Translations under genes and position numbers: made by a program | Part shown: positions 1-7,490 of the stretch, piece by piece | Layout: the number at the start of each line of letters is the position of its first letter | Numbering within the stretch: position 1 is the stretch's first letter | From: Elusimicrobiota bacterium | GTDB taxonomy: Bacteria > Elusimicrobiota > Elusimicrobia > F11 | DNA: 13,503 bases | Direction of reading: 5' to 3' | Assembly (NCBI GenBank): GCA_046153645.1 | Contig: JBJXGI010000019.1 | Span: 1-13,503 of the forward strand | The notes under the pieces: generated by a model | Told to the model about the DNA's origin: nothing | Database searches by the model: none | The model's input: only the letters and a program-made list of their open reading frames with translations

Positions 1-360
1 AGTACTAGGGCTGAGGCTAGTGGATCGGAGACAGTTATTGTTGATCCACCCATTGATTGTGAGCGAAATCAATACGTAGGTATACAGGTTAATGAATTAG
101 TGGCGGGAGATGAGTTGATTGTTACAATCTCATTGATAGGTCCGACTGGACTGTACAGTACTTATACAGCAAAAGGTGAAAAAGGACCGGCAGTAGGATC
201 CTTAGTTGCCAACTTCAAGATTGGAAATATTCCGTGCGGAGACTATAATCTCATAATTGATGAAGCAAAGCTTAATAATAAAATTTATAGTGGGAGGAAT
301 TCTGTATATCACATTGCTACGCATTACGTTCGGCTTTTAGATAAAGCGGATTTCAAATAA
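1..360 (+). CDS. 3' end of a hypothetical protein (5'-partial, beta-rich)
   Basis: Frame 1 is open from base 1 (STRAEASGSETVIVDPP...) to TAA at 358-360, so the listed 100..360 ORF is probably the tail of a longer gene. A strong hairpin follows. No family recognised. Confidence 0.6.
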   Translation, partial: STRAEASGSETVIVDPPIDCERNQYVGIQVNELVAGDELIVTISLIGPTGLYSTYTAKGEKGPAVGSLVANFKIGNIPCGDYNLIIDEAKLNNKIYSGRNSVYHIATHYVRLLDKADFK

Positions 361-366
361 AAACCC

Positions 367-409
367 TAATAATCCCCGGCGGTTGAATATCCATCGCCGG
401 GGATTATTA
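367..409. terminator. Hairpin, probable intrinsic (possibly bidirectional) terminator
   Basis: TAATAATCCCCGGCGGT (367-383) pairs with ATCGCCGGGGATTATTA (393-409) with one G-U pair. It lies just after the stop at 360 and has A/T-rich flanks. Confidence 0.7.
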
Positions 410-611
410 ATAAAAACTCGTAGCCATCTCACTGTTAAGTTAATCCCAGCTGTAAGTTTCTTCCTGTAGAGGTATTTTTTTAAGCAGCTACAAAACCACT
501 GGTGCGGCGTTTGACCGATATGGATCCTGAACGGTTTTTCTGACCACTTGCCGATATCGGGAAAGATAAGGAATAGAATCGACCAGACTATTTGGTTCAC
601 CCCTCATACAT

Positions 612-930
612 CTTATCGTTACCCATAACTTTATAGAATCGAGGGAGCCGAGTGACAGAAATTGAGTGGGAGGTGAATTGAATGGCCCAACGATTAACAA
701 CACTTGTGACCCATGAATTTGATGGTATAGAGCTGGGGGATAAACGTTTGAATGAACGATGTCATGATATAGTCAAAGCCATGAGCAAGAACCCTGAGAA
801 AAGTATTCCTGAGAATTGTGAAGACTGGAGCAGTACAAAAGCAGCGTATCGTTTTTTTAGCCACGAAAATACGACCCGAGAAGTTGTGCTGGAAGCACAT
901 TTTAAACATACGAGTGAACGTTGTCGCGGA
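612..930 (+). mobile_element. Truncated IS4-family (IS50/Tn5-like) element: left end plus transposase N-terminus
   Basis: The 19-bp CTTATCGTTACCCATAACT (612-630) matches the IS50 outside end CTGACTCTTATACACAAGT at 11/19 positions. SD GGGAGGTG at 668-675, ATG at 682. The protein shows the Tn5-type DNA-binding motifs EFDGIELGDKRLNER, SIP, W...KAAYRFF and H...T.ER. No DDE domain or right end is visible. Confidence 0.8.
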
Positions 931-1245
931 CGTATCACAGATGGTGGAGATGCCGGCGACTCTCCTTATCCCGTTATTTGTGTATGGAACGGGAAGGAGA
1001 AAATACTGGAAATAATGTCCGGCGAAAACAATTTGATCATGCGTGTTGAAATTTTTAGTAGCCGCGTTAAAAATTATTTTGGCCCGCAAGTCGGATCTCG
1101 TTTTTCCGATGTATTTACTGCTGATATCCCAAGTGATTGTGAAAGTGATGGAAAATCGGTTGTATGTTCTCAGAAATTTTTTTCCCTCTTCGATATGTAT
1201 TTGAAGGGAGTTGGAATGGTAATGGCCGCGAATTACCACCGGTAG
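682..1245 (+). pseudogene. Chimeric ORF: IS50-like transposase DNA-binding domain (~aa 1-83) fused in frame to a DUF1131-like fragment
   Basis: Transposase similarity stops near RCRG (~930). The downstream sequence is unrelated to transposases. Confidence 0.7.
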
Positions 1246-1292
1246 AAAAATTAAAAGACTTTCGCATCACAAGTATGTTCTTGGTGTTTTAA
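931..1292 (+). pseudogene. 5'-truncated, frameshifted DUF1131 (YfeY-like) gene remnant
   Basis: IMRVEIFSSRVKNYFGPQVGSRFSDVF...C...VVC resembles YfeY ISRIDVLDSDIPADTGVKIGTPFSDLY...C...VEC (recalled). A -1 shift near the T7 run (1177-1183) gives LRYVFEGSWNGNGRELPPVEKLKDFRITSMFLVF* (TAA 1290-1292), resembling YfeY ISYQFSGEWRGPEGLMPSDDTLKNWKVSKIIW. Confidence 0.65.
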
Positions 1293-1591
1293 ACGGAAGT
1301 GAACCATATAACCAATCGTTGCCGAATCTACGTCATAATGTTTTTTCCGATGATAAATGCGCCAAAACAGACGAAGTTTTCATGTGAAAGTAACGCCTGA
1401 GTCAAACCTCGAACCCCGAGATTGGGGTCCGTACATGGTTTAAATTCTCAAGTAAGCTGTCGATTTTCATTTTTTTATCTTCAAATTGTCACTCCAAAAT
1501 AACCTCCCTATCATGCCTTCCCTATAAGCTCAAAACGTCCGACAAATCGAGTTGCTGATGGTCTACATGTAAATGCAAGACAAGTGACTGG

Positions 1592-1755
1592 CCCATGATG
1601 GGTGAAAATCATGGGGGCAAACCTTGCGAGAGCAAGGGACGGTTTTAGAAGAGAATCTCTAGAACCACATCAGGAAGGCTTTAAGTGTCTCTTGATGGGC
1701 AAAGCCACGGGCCCGATGAAGTGGATCGGGAAGCCGGGTTACCGAAGATGATGCA
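1592..1755 (+). ncRNA. c-di-GMP-I (GEMM) riboswitch-like aptamer with a 58-nt insertion
   Basis: GGCAAA-CCTTGC-GAGA-GCAAGG-GAC (1616-1640; P2 with GNRA loop), then after the insertion GCAAAGCCACGGG-CCCGAT/ATCGGG-AAGCCGGGTTACCGA (1699-1745; P3). Equivalents of the ligand-contacting G20 (1616), A47 (1701) and C92 (1742) are present. It sits in the leader of a motor-gene operon. P1 is not clearly canonical. Confidence 0.75.
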
Positions 1756-1860
1756 AAGGAGTGCTATTCATATTCAGGGTGGATATGAATAACTTCAAGC
1801 AGTGTGGGCAATGCATCATCGGTGATCCGACCGCAATAAAGGTCGAAGCTACCGGTTAGG
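1735..1860 (+). promoter_or_regulatory. Putative riboswitch expression platform
   Basis: 1812-1829 is complementary to the aptamer 3' strand 1735-1755. An internal hairpin spans 1758-1796 and a CGACC/GGTCG hairpin spans 1828-1845, just before the start region. Confidence 0.5.
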
Positions 1861-3639
1861 GTGAGAAAAATGGGTGAATGGGTGAAGCATATCGGTTGTT
1901 CTATTTGGAACTCCTTTTTGGACATGGCGGATAACGCCAGCGTCCTCTTTTCTATTTTATTCCAGCCTCTTCGTCATCCCGTCATGATGGTTTATACACT
2001 TTTGCGTTGCGACTACACCTCACCCGGTCGTCGTACCGCACTGCTCAGCCGAGGTCGGAAGGCATTACTCACCCTAATGCTTCTGACCTCGGCTATTTTT
2101 TCTTCGACCAGCAAAATGTACGCCGCCGGTGAACCCGGTGCCTTCCTTCAATGGGGAGCAGGAGCCCGCTCTCTGGGAATGGGTCGCGCTTTCTTGGCTG
2201 TTTCCGACGACGCCAGTGCAACATATTGGAATCCTGCCGCGATGGTGCAGTTACAAAGAAAAGAAATCATGGGTCTTCAAGCCACGTTGTTTGCTGAGAC
2301 CAACTATAGTTTTTTCAGTTATGTCAGCCCTGGTAAAAAAGGAGGAGCTTGGGGTTTTAATATGACGAGTTTAACTTCTGGTGGTTTTGAGAAAGTTAAA
2401 GTTAAAGTGGATCCCGCGTCTTCGCCCAGCAATCCTGATTATTTATCTGTTGAAAAAGCAGGCGCTTATGAAGTTTCTCAAAAAGCTTACACTTTCGCCT
2501 ACGGTAAACAAGTGACGAATAAATTGGCGATGGGCTTAGCATTAAAGAGACTAACCAACACGGTTGATACTTTCGCGCAATCTTTTACCGCTGTTGATGC
2601 ATCTATATTTACCAAAGTAAATCAAAATTATCGTTTTGCCTTGGCCGTTAAAAATGCGGTCGCCCAGAATCCTGGGAATTCTAATGATAAATTGCCGCTC
2701 ACTTTTCGTATTGGAAATGCTTTTTCTTTAATGAATGATCGAGTTATTTTGGCGGCTGATTTAAATTCTTCCCAAGGCAGTGGTTTTGGTTGGAATTTAG
2801 GGACAGAGTATTCGGCAAGTCGGAGAATGGCTTTTAGATTAGGACTTGAAAGTAGAGATGGTGCTATCGCTGAAACAACTGCCGGTTTTGGACTGAAGTT
2901 CAGTAATTTTAATTTGGATTTGGCTTTTGGTATTACGGAACTGGGAATGTCTCAACGATATTCCCTCTCTTGGAAATTTGGCAAAGGCGCTAAAGCCGGG
3001 CAGCAAGACGAAGCTCGTCGTCTTATTAAATCCGGAGAATCCGCTTTTGCTAAAGGGCAATATGCCCAAGCTGTGGCCAGACTTGAAGCGGCATTGGGTG
3101 TGGACCCCTCCAACAAGGAATTGCAAAGCATGGTGGCAAAACTCAACAGTATTGCCGGCTCTATTCCTGCTGCTACTGGTGATGGTGAAATTGATCGGTT
3201 GGTGAGACAAGGTGTCTCTGCCTTTGTTGGAGGAGATTTATCAACAGCTTATGATTCATTAAGAACCGCTTATGAGAAAAACCCATCCAATCAAAGCTTG
3301 CTTAATTTTACGAATCGAGTTGCTCGTCAAGCCGGTCAACCTTTGGTCGAAGCTCCTCGTGATTCCTTGTCTGGAGCGCGTTGGACCCTGGTAGACCAAA
3401 AACTTCATGACGCGCTGACGGCTATTTATGAAGGTCGTTATGACGTGGCTATTAATAAATGCGAACAAGTATTGAGAATTGATCCTAGTAACGTGACGGC
3501 CATTGGACGAATGGGCGCTTCCTTCTTCTTAATGGGCGAAAAAGATAAAGCCATTACCTTGTGGAAACGCGCTCTTGAGCTTGAGCCCAATAACCAAACC
3601 GCGATTGAATACCTTAAGCAACTAGGGGTAGAGAAGTGA
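1861..3639 (+). CDS. PorV/PorQ (FadL-like) outer-membrane beta-barrel protein with C-terminal TPR repeats
   Basis: Signal-peptide-like RGRKALLTLMLLTSAIFSSTSKMYA, hatch motif GARSLGMGRAFLAVSDDASATYWNPAA, and alternating beta-strands ending YSLSWKF. TPRs follow (GQYAQAVARLEAALGVDPSN, GRYDVAINKCEQVLRIDPSN, KAITLWKRALELEPNN). The start is uncertain (1861, 1870 or ~1984). Confidence 0.85.
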   Translation: MRKMGEWVKHIGCSIWNSFLDMADNASVLFSILFQPLRHPVMMVYTLLRCDYTSPGRRTALLSRGRKALLTLMLLTSAIFSSTSKMYAAGEPGAFLQWGAGARSLGMGRAFLAVSDDASATYWNPAAMVQLQRKEIMGLQATLFAETNYSFFSYVSPGKKGGAWGFNMTSLTSGGFEKVKVKVDPASSPSNPDYLSVEKAGAYEVSQKAYTFAYGKQVTNKLAMGLALKRLTNTVDTFAQSFTAVDASIFTKVNQNYRFALAVKNAVAQNPGNSNDKLPLTFRIGNAFSLMNDRVILAADLNSSQGSGFGWNLGTEYSASRRMAFRLGLESRDGAIAETTAGFGLKFSNFNLDLAFGITELGMSQRYSLSWKFGKGAKAGQQDEARRLIKSGESAFAKGQYAQAVARLEAALGVDPSNKELQSMVAKLNSIAGSIPAATGDGEIDRLVRQGVSAFVGGDLSTAYDSLRTAYEKNPSNQSLLNFTNRVARQAGQPLVEAPRDSLSGARWTLVDQKLHDALTAIYEGRYDVAINKCEQVLRIDPSNVTAIGRMGASFFLMGEKDKAITLWKRALELEPNNQTAIEYLKQLGVEK

Positions 3640-3668
3640 TCTTTAAATTGATTGGTATTGATAAAAAG

Positions 3669-3759
3669 TCGTCACCCCGGCATGTCGTTAGCCGGGGTCC
3701 AGGATTAATTTTTTTTCAATTGAAAAGGAGCTGGATCCCGGCTTGCGCCGGGATGACGA
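3669..3759. repeat. REP-like composite palindrome (GTCA.CCCGG...GGTCCA / TGGATCCCGG...GGATGAC type)
   Basis: Terminal inverted repeats TCGTCACCCCGGC / GCCGGGATGACGA enclose two hairpins, ACCCCGGC..GCCGGGGT and ATCCCGGC..GCCGGGAT. The element is intergenic. Confidence 0.8.
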
Positions 3760-3771
3760 AAAATTAAAAGT

Positions 3772-5718
3772 ATGCGAAAACTCGAGATGGAAATTAATTG
3801 TAACTCCGCTTATACTCAGAATATGGTGTGTTCTAATTTTCGTTTTATATTTTTAACGGCTTTTTTTTCATGGGTTTCTGTTTTTTCTCCAATGATAGTT
3901 GAGTTAAAAGCCGTGGGGACAGAGATGCCTGATCCTATGGCTCTTGATCAAGAGCGCCGAATTAAAGAAGACACCGAACAAAAAGCGCAGGAGATCTGCG
4001 ATAGCATTCTTGGTAAAGGGCAGGCCAGTGTTTTGGCCAATATTGAATTGGGTATTGAAACCAACCGGAAGGGTGGGGCGGCGTTGGACCAAAAAAGAGA
4101 GTCTAAATCCGGATTGGGGGATGAGAATTTTATCCTTCCCTGGGTTCCCGCGCCAAAATCGGTTTCTAAAGAAGAGCAACCCAAAGATAGCAACGTTCAA
4201 ACGCAAGCGGCTCAACAAGAATCGGTTGATGTGAGAACAGTTGTGAAGCGGTTTGATATTACAGTTATTCATGATGACACAATTCCAGAATTAAAGGTGA
4301 CGTTAGTTAAAGACGCGCTGACTTCTGCTTTTGATCGTTATAAAAGTATCTTGAAGCTTTTTTTTAAACCAACTTCTTTTTCGAAAGAAGGACCCATAAG
4401 AACATCCGACGTTGTTAAGAAAAACTTTATTGATTCACTTAATCTAAAAACAATTTTGTTTCTCATTCTTCTTATGATTCTTTTCATGGTGCTCAAATTT
4501 TTCTTTGGGCCTTTGGCTGACTTTATGAAAAATTACATAGATGGAATGAAAGAACAATCAAAATCTAAAGTGGAAATGGAAAATAAGAGTGAAGCAGAAA
4601 ACGAAACAGATGCCGCTAATGAAGATGAGACTCTTTCGGAAGAAGAACAACAACGTTTGGCAGAAGAACAGGCCGCCATGGAGGCGGCATTATTAGCTGA
4701 GGAGGAAGTTATGGAAAAATTTGTTCCCTTTAAATACATTACTGATGAAAATGTGAAGCAATTGGCTTATTTGCTTCATCATGAAGAGCCTTGGATTGTG
4801 GCCATGGTGATCTCTTATCTTTCAGCTGAACATGGTTACAAAGTCATGGAAGCTCTTCCTTCTGATCTTCAAGCAAAAGTGGCTTTGGAAACGGCCATGT
4901 ATCGACAAACTTCTTTGGAGCAGGTTCAGGCGGTTGATTTAGATATTAAAGAAAAGATTGATTTTGTGGTCGGTGGTTTGGATAAGTTGGTTCTTATTTT
5001 AGAGAGTTCCGATCGGTTTGCCAGAGATAATATTTTGGAATATCTTAAAAATGAAAAGCCCGCAATTTATGAACGCGTGAGAGAAAATATTCTTTTGTTT
5101 GAAGATATTGTTAGTTTCCCTCGTCCAGCGATGCAAGTTGTTGTTCGGGAAGTAAAAACCGAGCAGTTGGGCGTGGCATTAAGAGGATGTAGCCCAGAAC
5201 TACAGCAGAAGTTCATGGAAAATATGTCACAGGGAGCGGCGGCTTTACTTAAAGAAGAAATGGAATTCGGTCGCCCCGTTACAGATGAACAAATTGAAGA
5301 AGAGCGTCGAAAAATTGTTGATCTCATTAAGTCGATGGAAAAAGATGGGAAGTTGAGTTTTAGGCAAAAAGGGAAAGGGTCTAGTCTTGAAGCGATGGAT
5401 ATGGGGAGTGATATGTCAGGTCTTCGTGGCATGGTTGGTAAATCGGCCAACCCAGAAGCGGCCTTGGCTTCTTATCAAGCGGGGGTTCAGGCGGGGGAAG
5501 CAGGTGACATTGAAGAGTCCATTCGGCAATTTGAAGCCAGCATAAAACAGAATTCTCAACTTGCCCCCGCTCATCAGGCTCTGGCCAACGCCTATTATTC
5601 TGTCGGGAGATATCAAGAAGCCCTGGCAAGTTACGATATGTTGCTTAAACTAGAACCAAATGACGAGTTGCAAGTTTGGGTAGACCAGTTACGAGCCACT
5701 ACTTCCGCAGCTGCATAA
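3772..5718 (+). CDS. Fused rotor protein: signal/TM, FliF RBM3-like periplasmic domain, TM, acidic linker, FliG middle and C-terminal domains, TPR
   Basis: FliG-M (aa 319-396: PFKYI...LLHHEEPWIVAMVISYL...LP), GG linker, and FliG-C (LLFEDI...REV...ALRG...NMSQGAAALLKEEMEFGRPV...IV...MEKDGKL). TM at ~aa 227-248. FliF-like segments EQKAQEICDSILGKGQASVLANIEL and VVKRFDITVIHD. TPR at ~aa 564-630. Confidence 0.85.
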   Translation: MRKLEMEINCNSAYTQNMVCSNFRFIFLTAFFSWVSVFSPMIVELKAVGTEMPDPMALDQERRIKEDTEQKAQEICDSILGKGQASVLANIELGIETNRKGGAALDQKRESKSGLGDENFILPWVPAPKSVSKEEQPKDSNVQTQAAQQESVDVRTVVKRFDITVIHDDTIPELKVTLVKDALTSAFDRYKSILKLFFKPTSFSKEGPIRTSDVVKKNFIDSLNLKTILFLILLMILFMVLKFFFGPLADFMKNYIDGMKEQSKSKVEMENKSEAENETDAANEDETLSEEEQQRLAEEQAAMEAALLAEEEVMEKFVPFKYITDENVKQLAYLLHHEEPWIVAMVISYLSAEHGYKVMEALPSDLQAKVALETAMYRQTSLEQVQAVDLDIKEKIDFVVGGLDKLVLILESSDRFARDNILEYLKNEKPAIYERVRENILLFEDIVSFPRPAMQVVVREVKTEQLGVALRGCSPELQQKFMENMSQGAAALLKEEMEFGRPVTDEQIEEERRKIVDLIKSMEKDGKLSFRQKGKGSSLEAMDMGSDMSGLRGMVGKSANPEAALASYQAGVQAGEAGDIEESIRQFEASIKQNSQLAPAHQALANAYYSVGRYQEALASYDMLLKLEPNDELQVWVDQLRATTSAAA

Positions 5719-5728
5719 AGAGAGGGTT

Positions 5729-7480
5729 ATGACGGCCAAAGAAATATTTAGAAAAAAAACGGATCATTTGATTCGTTGGGCCAAACGTTTTGACAAAGCC
5801 GTAGAATCGGAATTGGCGAAACTGGAACTTTTATTTCAACAGGCCACTGTTGAAACTGAGAAAGAAAAAAACTCTCAACTTCAAAAGATTCAAGAAGAAG
5901 AAATAAGACTGAAGGGTTTGATTGAGCAGTCAGGAAAAGAATATTCTCAAGATAAGTATAAATTAGAGCGTGATGTAAGTAATTCAAAAAACGATGTTGA
6001 AAGAACCCAAGCCAGTTTAAACTCCATCCATAAAGAATTTGAAACTGAATTTAATCGAATACATCAAGAGAAGTTAAACATTCAATTAACCATGGAACGC
6101 CAAAAAAGCGCCCTCACGGAACTTTATCAGGAAAAAAAGAGATCCCTAACTGTGGCCAGAGCAAAATTACTTCAGGAAGCAAGGCAAACTGAAGAAAACT
6201 ATAAAAAAGTCAAACAAAAGTCAGATGAAGATCAGTGTGCTATTAAAACTGAAATTGGAACCAAGTTAAACATTATTCAGGATCAGGCTGAATCCAAAAA
6301 ACAGGGTTGGGATATGGCGCTTGAGAAAATGCGCAAAGAATTGGCGGCCATTCATCAAGAAAAAGACGATTTACAGAAAAAACTATTGAGTATTCGCGAG
6401 GAAAAAGAAAAAGAGCTTGAGGATGTAAAAGTAAGTCTCAAATTGTCTAAAGATCAGTTAGAAATTGACAAGGTGACGTTGATTGAAAAAGCTGAAGAAG
6501 AAGAACGCCTTTGCGCAAAAGAAGTTGCAGAGTTACAAAAGAAAATTGAGCATGACGAAAAAGCCTTGGAAATATTAATTTTAGAATCAGAAAAAAACAA
6601 AAAAGAATTAGAAGAAGGTTATCATCGAGAAGAAAGTATTTTGAAAGAGTCTGTTCAGGCCGAATCTCAAAAGAGAGACTTCGAGCAAAAGCTATTTGAG
6701 CAGGAAAAATTAACGAAAGAAAAAGAATTGCAACGCTTAAAAGAAGAATACGATAAAAGAAAGTGGCAATGGGATAATCAAGTTCGAACTCTCATGATGC
6801 AGAAAAGTGTTTTGGATGCGCAGTACGACGCAGATCGATTGAAAGTAGATCGGGAAGCGCGTCTTCAGGTAAGAGGTTTAGAAGCAAAGCGTGGTGAATT
6901 AAGACAGCGGTTATCTGAGCTGCAAAATAGAAAAGATACCATCAAAGAAACAGGACAAAAAGAGCAAGATCTGATTCAGCAACGTTGGAAATGGCGACGT
7001 GAGCGGCTGTGGGGAATGTGGCAAAATCGGCTTCAGGTGCTAAAAAAGGAAAGATTGGTTTTACAAGAACAAATTCAAGATATACAGGAGAAATTTTCTA
7101 AGGAAAGTTCATCATCTGCCGAGATGGAACAACGAGAAGAAAAAAGAATCGATGATCTTCGAGAATTTGTTTTGCAGATGAGTGAAAAAAACCGAGGTCA
7201 AAATAAACAAAAAGGAATTCAAAATGAGCTTGAAAAAACACGGTTAATCGCTCAAATTAAGGAATGTGAAGCTTTGGTTGAGAATTGGGTTGAGCGCATG
7301 AAAATGACACAAGATGACGTTATGAAAGCCAATCAGGGTTTAGCTCAGGAATTAAACTATTTAGACAAATGGTATAGAGAAGAAGAAAAAGAAACACAAT
7401 TATTTCTTCATGAATTTCAAAATGCTTTATCAATTTTAAACCAAGCGCTTTCCAGTATCACTTTGAAAGATGCCGCTTGA
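5729..7480 (+). CDS. Long coiled-coil protein of unknown function (583 aa)
   Basis: E/K/Q/L-rich heptad pattern throughout with no proline. No signal peptide, TM or NTPase motif. SD-like AGAGAGGG upstream; 10 nt after the previous stop. Confidence 0.85.
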   Translation: MTAKEIFRKKTDHLIRWAKRFDKAVESELAKLELLFQQATVETEKEKNSQLQKIQEEEIRLKGLIEQSGKEYSQDKYKLERDVSNSKNDVERTQASLNSIHKEFETEFNRIHQEKLNIQLTMERQKSALTELYQEKKRSLTVARAKLLQEARQTEENYKKVKQKSDEDQCAIKTEIGTKLNIIQDQAESKKQGWDMALEKMRKELAAIHQEKDDLQKKLLSIREEKEKELEDVKVSLKLSKDQLEIDKVTLIEKAEEEERLCAKEVAELQKKIEHDEKALEILILESEKNKKELEEGYHREESILKESVQAESQKRDFEQKLFEQEKLTKEKELQRLKEEYDKRKWQWDNQVRTLMMQKSVLDAQYDADRLKVDREARLQVRGLEAKRGELRQRLSELQNRKDTIKETGQKEQDLIQQRWKWRRERLWGMWQNRLQVLKKERLVLQEQIQDIQEKFSKESSSSAEMEQREEKRIDDLREFVLQMSEKNRGQNKQKGIQNELEKTRLIAQIKECEALVENWVERMKMTQDDVMKANQGLAQELNYLDKWYREEEKETQLFLHEFQNALSILNQALSSITLKDAA

Positions 7481-7490
7481 ATGAGAATTT

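Noticed and set aside
337..1239. Minus-strand ORFs 337..600, 488..703 and 694..1239, and plus ORF 818..1015
   Set aside because: They are shadow frames over the terminator, IS end and transposase/DUF1131 remnant, with no recognisable motifs.
1293..1590. Short minus-strand ORFs with a GGGAGG near 1503-1508, a small hairpin near 1413-1428, and promoter candidates
   Set aside because: The ORFs are only ~15-22 codons. No sigma70 or sigma54 element with correct spacing was found.
1616..1745. 3',3'-cGAMP (GEMM-Ib) riboswitch assignment
   Set aside because: The position-20 equivalent is G rather than A, so c-di-GMP is the better-supported ligand.
1758..1796. Hairpin as an intrinsic terminator
   Set aside because: The stem is AT-rich and has no following U tract.
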